From: Eledone cirrhosa
Lineage: Eukaryota
DNA: 64,000 nt
Reading direction: 5' to 3'
Assembly (NCBI GenBank): GCA_964016885.1
Contig: OZ024751.1
Span: 15,934,001-15,998,000, forward strand
The notes below the pieces were generated by a model. It was given only the letters and a program-made list of their open reading frames with translations, was not told the origin of the DNA and did not search any database. Made by a program: the position numbers and the translations under genes. How positions within the stretch are numbered: the first letter of the stretch is position 1; each line of letters opens with the position of its first letter. Positions 55,120 through 64,000 of this stretch are shown here, one piece after another.

Positions 55120-55761
55120 TATACATATATATTTATGTGTGTATATATATGTTTGTATATGTGTATATATGTTTGGAAACAGATGTGTATGTAGGCATAT
55201 GTAATTACATTTGCCAGCGTAGATTCCTCTGCGCGTGCGTAGGCGGGAATTTATATATATATATATACATATAAATATGAAATCCATGCAAAAACAACAA
55301 CAACCACAACAACAATAACAAAAGCTTATAATATAGATGCTTGAACTTCCAGGAGGTAATAGAATGAATAGATACGAAGTAAAGAAGACCAAAATATATC
55401 TTGCGTTAATTTTGAACAAATTTGAATTTTAGAAAACAGGTGAAAAATATGATAGTTTATAAATTAATCGATATTGTTGTGTTGAAGCGAAAATAATATT
55501 TACAGCAATGTTTAATGAAAATATCACACAGCTGAAACACTTGTGTTAAAATCTCGTTTAGCAAATTGATTTCAGTAAAAACCTACGGAGATAGGTATAA
55601 TTTAATAACGAATAAGGTACGATGCAATATAATCGCAAAACTTAACAGTTGGAATCTGAAATTAAAGATGGTGTTCGTAGATAATTGTGTTCGTGTTTAA
55701 ACAATGTAACAATACCTACATATACATGTCCATTTTTGAGCAACATTAAGGTAAAGTAGTG

Positions 55762-55880
55762 AAGGCGTGTGGCTGAGTGGTTAGAGAATTGGATTCGCAA
55801 TCGTGAGGTTGTGAGTTCGATTCCCGGACCGGGTGATCGGTTATGTCCTTGTGAAAGACACTTTATTTCACGTTGCTCCT
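55762..55880 (+). mobile_element. Second tRNA-derived SINE family (head and core)
   Basis: gtggctgagtggttagag (A box) ... gagttcgattcccgg (B box), followed by a tgtccttg..aagacactttatttcac body. Confidence 0.7.
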
Positions 55881-56165
55881 TCTACCTGGAGTTGCGACCG
55901 ATAGATAGTATTAGCAATTGGAAAGACCCATGGAAACACTGTTTCCTCGGTCCGATATGACGAATGTCGATCGTTCCTTTTAAGGTAAAGTAGAAGGAGA
56001 CGTTAGAACGTTCGATAGAATGCATTGCTGTAGTCGTTCCAGATGTGTATATTCTGTCTGTGTGTTACATCGAGGACTTCTTTGCTTTTCATCTTTTCGA
56101 GGTCGATAAAAAAGTACCAGTTCAATACTCGGGTCGACTCCTCTTCCTCTATATATCTTCCTCAC

Positions 56166-56251
<86 letters not shown>

Positions 56252-56294
56252 CTTCTTCTTCTTCTTCTTCTTCTTCTTCTTCTTCTTCTTCTTC
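56166..56294. repeat. Compound (TTG)n(TTC)n microsatellite
   Basis: Direct reading. Confidence 0.95.
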
Positions 56295-56624
56295 TGTGTG
56301 TATGGGAGTATGTGTGTATGTGAGTATGTATGAATGCGTGTGTATGTGAGTGTGTTTATATGAACGTATATGTGCATGTGTATGTGTGTGTGTGTGTGTA
56401 TGAAAGTATAGGTATGCGTATGTGTGTGTGTGTGTGTGTGTGTGTGTATGAGAATATATGTGCATGTGTGTGTGTGTGCGTGTTAGTGTGTATGAATGTA
56501 CAGGTATGTGCGTGTGTATATGAGTATATATGCACGTGTGTGTATGTATGCACATGTATGCGTATGTGTGTGCGTGTATATGAGTGTATATATATGTATG
56601 TGTATGTGTGTGTATTAATATAGT

Positions 56625-56816
56625 TAGGTGGATTGGCAGTATCGGTAGAGAGTCGGACATCATGCTTTGAAGCATAGAGTTACGTCCCTTTACGGTCTGA
56701 GATCAAATCCCGCAGAGGTTAACTCTGCCTTTCATCCTTACGAGGATCGATAAAATAAAGTACCAGTAATACACTTGGTAATTGCTGGCCTTGTGCCAAA
56801 AGTAGAAACAATTATT
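56625..56816 (+). mobile_element. Same SINE family
   Basis: ggtggattggcagtatcggtag ... agtagaaacaattatt. Confidence 0.85.
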
Positions 56817-57385
56817 CTAGTTAGAGTTACTTCTTAATGGTTCGAAGTAGTTCTGGTTTCCCTCCTTCATTTAAATATCTTCATTCCTTATAAAAATACA
56901 TTTTCCTCTTCTTTCCCCATCCTTGATATATGTTTTCTATATTATATTTCTCTGCACCAACGATCAATAAATAAGATATTTTTGTAAATTCAGTTATTAA
57001 AAATAATTATTCCCTAGGCTCTTTGATAAAGCCACCCGAAATTGTCTTGCAGCTCTGAACCAGGAAAATACGATCAAAGTTTTTTAAAAAACAAGAGAGA
57101 CAATATAGAATTGTGAAAAAGCAACGATTGTAAATGTAATTAAAGTTATATATCCCGGGACGACATTGACAAACATAATGTAAACGAAGAAACAAATGAA
57201 ATGACTACTACTGGCTATAAAAGACACACATACGTATACACACACACACACACATACAGAGAAACAAGCAAACACGTAGATACACAGATACATGTTGTAG
57301 ACACAAGACCCCCCATACAGGCTGCCACACACGGATATACACAGACACACACATACGCGTGGGAACAGTTATCCCCCCCCCCACA

Positions 57386-57420
<35 letters not shown>

Positions 57421-57520
57421 TTCGCATGTGATTGTGCGTGTATGTATGTATAAAAATATATATATATGTGCGCGCGTATATATTCATGTATATGCATCTA
57501 ACTTTCGTGGGCTTACATAT

Positions 57521-57583
<63 letters not shown>

Positions 57584-57658
57584 CACACACACTCACATGT
57601 ATATATACCCCTACATATATGTATATAGTTATCAATATATATATGTCCATATATATAT

Positions 57659-57756
<98 letters not shown>

Positions 57757-57802
57757 ATGTGTTTACATACATGTTTGATATCCTCCATTACATTGTTTCG
57801 GG

Positions 57803-58277
57803 TGCAGTGTGGTGTAGTGTGGTGTGGTGTAGTGTGGTGTGGTGTAGTGTAGTGTGGTGTAGTGTAGTGTGGTTTGGTGTAGTGTGGTTTGGTGTGGTGT
57901 GGTGTAGTGTGGTGTGGTGTGGTGTAGTGTGGTGTGGTGTAGTGTGGTGTGGTGTAGTGTGGTGTGGTGTAGTGTGGTTTGGTGTGGTGTAGTGTGTTGT
58001 GGTGTGGTGTAGTGTAGTGTGGTGTGGCGTATAGTGGTTTGGTGAGGTGTAGTGTGTTGTGGTGTGGTGTGGTGTAGTGTGGTTTGGTGTGGTGTGGTGC
58101 AGTGTGGTGTAGTGTGGTGTGGTGTAGTGTGGTGTAGTGTGGTGTAGTGTAGTGTGGTGTGGTGTAATGTTGTTTGGTGTGGTGTAGTGTGGTGTAGTGT
58201 GGTGCAGTGTAGTGTGGTGTGGTGTGGTGTAGTGTAGTGTGGTGTGGTGTAGTGTGGTGTGGTGTGGTGTGGTGTGG
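57803..58277. repeat. (GTGTG/GTGTA)n pentanucleotide satellite
   Basis: Direct reading. Confidence 0.95.
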
Positions 58278-58577
58278 GTGCAGTAAAAGCTAGTTAATTA
58301 CCATTTTAATACCATTTAATGTGTTTTTCACTATACTATAATGTAACTACATAATAAACCTTACCAACACACACAGTTGCCACATGCTGTATGAAAATCA
58401 ATGTTAACATACATGAGTACATGAGAACATGTGTTAACACATCTCTATTTTGAATTATTCTGAATATGGTCTAAATCATACATTTAAATTTAAATACATA
58501 TCTATATATACATTACATACTTGCATACATACATCAATACTTTATACATACATACATAAAACATACATACATACATT

Positions 58578-59233
58578 AAAGCTACAGCAATGTGGAAGAT
58601 ATCCATGTACATAATATGAAAGAGTACTGGTGGAATGTTCCAGTAGCAACCCCAATAAAATGCAGGCATAACAGACCAGATATTATGATATGGGACAGGG
58701 AGAAGAAAACATGCACAGTAGTGGAAATTAGCTGCCCAGCAGATGCCAATATAATATCAAAGATGAGTGAAAAGGAGAATATTTATGCAGAACTGATGAA
58801 AAATCTGCACATACTCCACCCTGATTACACCTTCAGATTTATGCCTGATTATTGGGGCACTGGGATATGTTAGTAACTGCCTCAATACAAATCTTGAGAA
58901 GCTAGGCTTCACAGGAACAGAAAGAACACTAGTTAGGAAATTACAAGTACAATCCATTAATGGAACAGTAAAAATATGTAAAACATTCCAAAAATGTTGC
59001 ATCTAATAACTGCATATACACATGTACAGATACAAAGCATATACACATGCACACATACAACTCAAACATCCACATCCACACATACAATAACATCCATATC
59101 TACACATGCATGCATACATACATATCTACCTAGTTGATGATGTGTAAATTCCAATGAGAGAGTCTTGTGTCTATGTTAGAAACCGACTCTCTCGCTATTG
59201 GTAACACTTTGTGAAATTATAAAACCAGAAGAA
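58578..59233 (+). mobile_element. RLE-type non-LTR retrotransposon 3' fragment
   Basis: 'WWNVPV...HNRPDIMIWDREKKTCTVVEISCP...EKENIY' is a PD-(D/E)XK-type motif. Frameshift at ~58850. (CATA)n on both sides. Confidence 0.8.
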
Positions 59234-59888
59234 CATACATACATACACACATACATACATACACATATATACATAAATACATAGATACATATATACATAC
59301 ATGAATTCAGGTTTTTCTTTGCCATTTGCCATTCTAAACGTACACACACACACAAACTTACATGTATATATACATACACATATTTAAATACATACATACA
59401 TGCATACACACATAAAACATATTTATACATACATACACATGCATACATGCATATATGTAGTCATACCTGTACACATACCTACATACATACTTACATACAT
59501 ACACATATGTATATAAATACATACATACATATATACATACATGAATTCAGATTTTGCCCTTCTAAACGTACACGTACACAAGCACACACGTATACACACA
59601 CACACATACACATACACACACACATACACCAACATACATACACACATATATATACATAATACTCATACTCACGCAGACCACACACATGCTTGCATGAAAT
59701 TTGACATTTATCCATTCCAAAGCAATGACGATGATAATAAGAGAGGAATATTAATACATTAGTTAACGTACTTGCATGATATCCAAGCGATGTGGTGTTC
59801 GATTCTTCGCAGGAAACACTGCCCACTTTTTTTTACATCTTCAGGGTTACTTCGGCCGATTTTCTCAACTATTATTTATAGTAATCGG

Positions 59889-60100
59889 TGGTGGTAAGTA
59901 AGTATAGTAAGGCTGGTGGATTGGCAGTATCGATAGCGAGTCGGTCGCCATGCTTTACAGCAAAGAGTTAGGGCCCTTTATGGTCTGAGTTCAAATCCCG
60001 CCGAGGTTAATTTTGCTTTTCATCCTTACGGGGTCGATGAAATAAAATACCAGTAATACACTGGGTTATTGCTGGCCTTGTGCTAAAAGTAGAAACAATT
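59889..60100 (+). mobile_element. Same SINE family with target-site duplication
   Basis: Flanked by attatttatagtaatcg at ~59871 and ~60098. Confidence 0.85.
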
Positions 60101-60247
60101 ATTTATAGTAATCGACTATTATTTACATTCTGTGAAATGAAAATAATAGTCGATTACTATAAATAATAGTTGAATGAAGACACACATTTCAAATGTTCCC
60201 AACACTTCTTGAGTTAATCAGTTGTTACACACACACACAAGCACTCG

Positions 60248-60308
<61 letters not shown>

Positions 60309-60883
60309 CAGAAGGGTTAACGTTAACCCTTCTGTTGAGAAATCTATTCGATTTGTGATGTTTTGCATTCTTGCAATAATATACACAACTGAATTCATTC
60401 GCCTGATATAGGGGTTGCCTCCCTTGCCGATCCCCACGTGGGGTCAGCAATAGTCAGTCCTTGTATTAGCATTGAACTAAAGCCTGTTGAGAAAGCGGCT
60501 TCCTTGTTCAATCATCTTACCAGAAGCCTAACATTATTTATGTAAGCGGAGAGTACGTGATTTAGGAGCCGCAGAAACCCAAATGCTGGATTTTACCAAC
60601 CTTCCAGGGGTCCGGGTAAATTTTTCAATCACATATATTTTTATTTGTTTGACCCGAATTACTTGATCGTTTTTTTGGCTATGCGAATGATTGTTTAACC
60701 ATCGTCTCAGTGTGTTTGGCCTTTAACGTTTGTTATAGCTCTGGTTCATCTGAATCATTGAGCACTTGCCACACATCTCGGAGGTTGTTTTTCGTTATTT
60801 CGTGAGCCGAAATGCGATTCCCGATAATTTATTTGTGTTTATATATATATAGAAGTGGTTACACAACAGTTAGTTCACCATGT

Positions 60884-60921
60884 CGAGAACAATTGTTTCA
60901 CCTTAGCGGATCCTCAGCTCG
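60884..60921 (-). ncRNA. Minimal type I hammerhead motif
   Basis: Minus strand: cgag-CTGAGGA-tccgctaaggt-GAAA-caattg-TT-ctcg. Helix I cgag/ctcg; palindromic helix III. Confidence 0.78.
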
Positions 60922-61019
60922 TAATCAATTGTTCTTGAAACCATTTCTACCTAACTCGTTCCATGGACTGAGTGCTCTACCACTACGGATATTACCTTCC
61001 AGTGTTCTACCACTATATA

Positions 61020-61064
<45 letters not shown>

Positions 61065-61120
61065 TATGGAATACTGTTGGCTTCTTGCTACAATAATTTC
61101 TATAGTTTTCATTTATATAA

Positions 61121-62611
61121 CTGAAACCCTTTCTACAACATATACAGAGCTACATACGAGATGACCTTGACATGCTGAAACACCTCCCTAAAACAGTAAG
61201 TGCAAATACAATTCTTGTCTCCTTTGACGTAATAAACCTCTACACAAACATACCTCACAACTATGGAATAACAGCAGTCCAATACTGGCTTAACACACAC
61301 CCATCAGAAATACCGACACGCATCAACACAGATTTTATCACTGACGGACTCCGCTTTATCCTACAAAATAACTACTTCACATTCAATGGTTCAACATACA
61401 GACAAGTATCAGGTACGGCAATGGGCACGAAAGTAGCACCCACATATGCCAACCTAGTCATGGGATTCCATGAACAACAAATATACAGTCAGTCCCTTCT
61501 CTTATTTGGAGACTCTTTCCACACACACCTCAAAGCCAATTGGAAAAGATATCTAGACGACTGCTTTATCCTATGGCAAGAAGACATGAACTCACTTACT
61601 ACGTTTAAAAACATGATAAACAACATAGATAATAACATACAATTCACAATGGAATCCAATCCTAAGGAATTAGCCTTCTTGGATATTCTCATCTCTGTAA
61701 TAGACGGGAAATTAGATACAGATATATTCTATAAACCCACAGATTCCAAGCAATACCTCTTTTTCACATCAAGTCACCCAAAACATACAAAACTTAACAT
61801 TCCTTACAATTTGGCCAAACGTATATGTACCATAGTATCAGATCCACCTAAACGGGAGCAAAGACTAAAGGAACTAAAAGACACCCTTATCTTAAGAGCC
61901 TTTCCACTTGAAATAATCAACAATGGAATAGACAGGGCAAAACACCTAAATCCCCATCAACTTAACAATCCAAAACAGAAAACCACACTCAACACCCTGC
62001 CATATGTATCCACTTTCAACCCCAGAAATACCGAAATGTTTGATCACCTACACAAAAACCTCCCCATCCTACTTAAAGATGTAAAAATGAAGTCTATTCT
62101 TGAAACACACAAGATCCTTAAAAGTAAAAGACAACCCAAATCACTTAAACGCATTCTCACTGGACCAAATATACCCAAACCAATCCTCAACCCTACAGTT
62201 ACCAAATGTGGTAGAACAAACTGTGGAACGTGCCTCTACCTCACTGAAGGACAAACATTTACATTCAAAGATGGCCAAACATTTACAGTAAAAAACAATT
62301 TCACCTGCAACTCGGAGAACTTGATTTACGCAATAACTTGTGGTGGGTGCAAACACAACTACATAGGACAGACGGGCACCTCATTACGCAAAAGAATGAC
62401 CATCCACCGCCAACAAATCCGGGACGCTAACACAAGAAAAATCCCCTTGAGCAGCCATATTGCGAACTGCGCAGGAATGACACTACCCAACTTTAAAATC
62501 TTCCCCTTCTACAAGTGCTCAGATTCGTTCACACAGCAACAAAGAATAAACAAAGAAAATCTATTCCTTAACAAATTTAAACCAAAACTAAACGGGTTAT
62601 CACCCCAATAG
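61121..62611 (+). CDS. Penelope-like RT + GIY-YIG endonuclease (5'-truncated, uninterrupted frame, Neptune-like)
   Basis: 479-aa ORF 61172-62611 with 'LVSFDVINLYTNIP', 'GTAMGTKVAPTYANL', 'WKRYLDDCF', 'CGRTNCGTC', 'ENLIYAITCGGCKHNYIGQT'. Homology extends upstream to ~61121 (LKPFLQHIQSYIRDDLDML). Confidence 0.92.
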   Translation: MKPFLQHIQSYIRDDLDMLKHLPKTVSANTILVSFDVINLYTNIPHNYGITAVQYWLNTHPSEIPTRINTDFITDGLRFILQNNYFTFNGSTYRQVSGTAMGTKVAPTYANLVMGFHEQQIYSQSLLLFGDSFHTHLKANWKRYLDDCFILWQEDMNSLTTFKNMINNIDNNIQFTMESNPKELAFLDILISVIDGKLDTDIFYKPTDSKQYLFFTSSHPKHTKLNIPYNLAKRICTIVSDPPKREQRLKELKDTLILRAFPLEIINNGIDRAKHLNPHQLNNPKQKTTLNTLPYVSTFNPRNTEMFDHLHKNLPILLKDVKMKSILETHKILKSKRQPKSLKRILTGPNIPKPILNPTVTKCGRTNCGTCLYLTEGQTFTFKDGQTFTVKNNFTCNSENLIYAITCGGCKHNYIGQTGTSLRKRMTIHRQQIRDANTRKIPLSSHIANCAGMTLPNFKIFPFYKCSDSFTQQQRINKENLFLNKFKPKLNGLSPQ

Positions 62612-63069
62612 AATTGTCATAAAATATAAACACACATACGCACGGAATCACTACTATTAAAGACCAGAGACCAATTCTGTAGAATCAGGTTTATTCATTG
62701 ACAGACCATGCCTTTGTGTGACCAACACATCCATGTTAAACCCTGCACGTGCACACACATATATCTATATATATATGCGCACACAGAATTCACCACTGTC
62801 GGTTGCGGGGCCCAATCTACATGAAGAACTCAATGTGATCAGAATGACTTGTATTTATTTTAATTTCACTGCCCCAACTTCTTATATTATGGAAAAAATA
62901 TATGTGTCTGTATGTATATATATATATATATATATTTGAAGGCCATTTCTCTGTGTGTGGGTGTATGTATGTGTATATGTGTGTGTGTGTATGTGTGTGC
63001 ATGTGGATGTATGTATTGTGTGTGCGTGTGTGTGTGTGTGTGTATGTATGTGGGTATCTGGATGTATGC

Positions 63070-63100
<31 letters not shown>

Positions 63101-63197
63101 TGTGTGTATGTGTGTATATATATGTGTGTGTGTGTGTGTGTATGTTTGTATGTGTGTATGTATATATATATGTGTGTGTGTGTGTATGTATGTGTGG

Positions 63198-63243
<46 letters not shown>

Positions 63244-63310
63244 ATATATATATATGTGTGTGTGTGTGTGTATTTATGTGTGTATCTGGATGTATGTGTA
63301 TGTATATATA

Positions 63311-63367
<57 letters not shown>

Positions 63368-63536
63368 ATGTGTATATATGTGTGTGTATATGTGTGTATG
63401 TGTGTATGTATATGTATGTGTGTGTGTATGTATGTGTGTATATGTATATATATATATATATATATAAAAGACGTAAAATAAGAAAATATTTTTTAAAAAA
63501 AATTTTTTAAAAATTTTTTTACTTACTTAAATTTTC

Positions 63537-63618
63537 ACTCCAACTAATTAGTTTCTGCAATGGGATAAAGACAGTTACGTAATCCAACTGTCGAGAATTC
63601 ATTGCGTCATCAGGGAGT
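63537..63618 (-). ncRNA. Type I hammerhead motif with extended helix II
   Basis: Minus strand: actcc-CTGATGA-cgcaatg..gacagtt...aactgtc..cattgca-GAAA-ctaattag-TT-ggagt. Perfect 5-bp helix I; palindromic helix III. Confidence 0.82.
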
Positions 63619-64000
63619 CTATTCTCAGTTAAGTCTCCAGGAAATGCGCGGACACTGGCGGCTCATATAAAAATAATAATAATTCGGTAGATCGAACAGC
63701 TTGCGAGGACTGGATTCTATGTACCGAAATTCTCACTGCTTCAAGTCAAATGGCCGATTCTAAAGAATCAATCACGTGACACAGAGGCTAGTTAGAAGGA
63801 ATGGGATGGTAAGATGACTGACGCCTACTAACACCCCAAAAAAAAGTTTTTTTAGAAGTGGTTTTGGCAAGTTTGCTCGACAAATCAGTGATTTGGAGAT
63901 AAATATAGATAATTTAATATATCAACTAACATAAGCGCACAGATGCACGCCCATGCTAGCAAATACACAGGTTATGTCATAGTACCTAGGTGGTTCAATG

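Noticed and set aside
55762-55835. tRNA gene
   Set aside because: A and B boxes are present, but there is no clean acceptor stem and it runs into a SINE body.
59129-59230. Hammerhead (TTGATGA...GAAA) in the RLE LINE 3' UTR
   Set aside because: U3-G8 is uncompensated, and the helix II base and helix I are unconvincing. Better explained as a UTR stem-loop.

Overview
This is AT-rich, microsatellite-saturated animal genomic DNA. The SINE and microsatellite landscape suggests a cephalopod (octopus-like), which is inference only. No complete host gene is visible; there is one candidate 57-bp exon at 20747-20803. Most listed ORFs are translations of (TA)n, (CA)n, (TATG)n or (GAT)n. The real coding sequence is retroelement-derived: three Penelope-like elements (RT + GIY-YIG) at ~2.2-7.0 kb, ~48.8-53.9 kb and ~61.1-62.6 kb, a deleted L1/Tx1-like LINE, a CR1-group RT 3' end and two restriction-like-endonuclease LINE ends. 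The window also holds two copies of a non-autonomous RTE-like derivative, many tRNA-type SINEs, several MITEs, a Helitron-like element and a ~30-copy 85-bp satellite. The most notable hidden structure is a dense set of more than 15 type I hammerhead ribozyme motifs from about ten unrelated sequence families. They lie in Penelope pseudo-LTRs and in short, often hairpin-shaped inserts within (TA)n tracts. Most have palindromic minimal helix III, some have very long helix II, and three families show a compensatory U3-A8 core. All ribozyme folds were read by eye and none was computed or tested.
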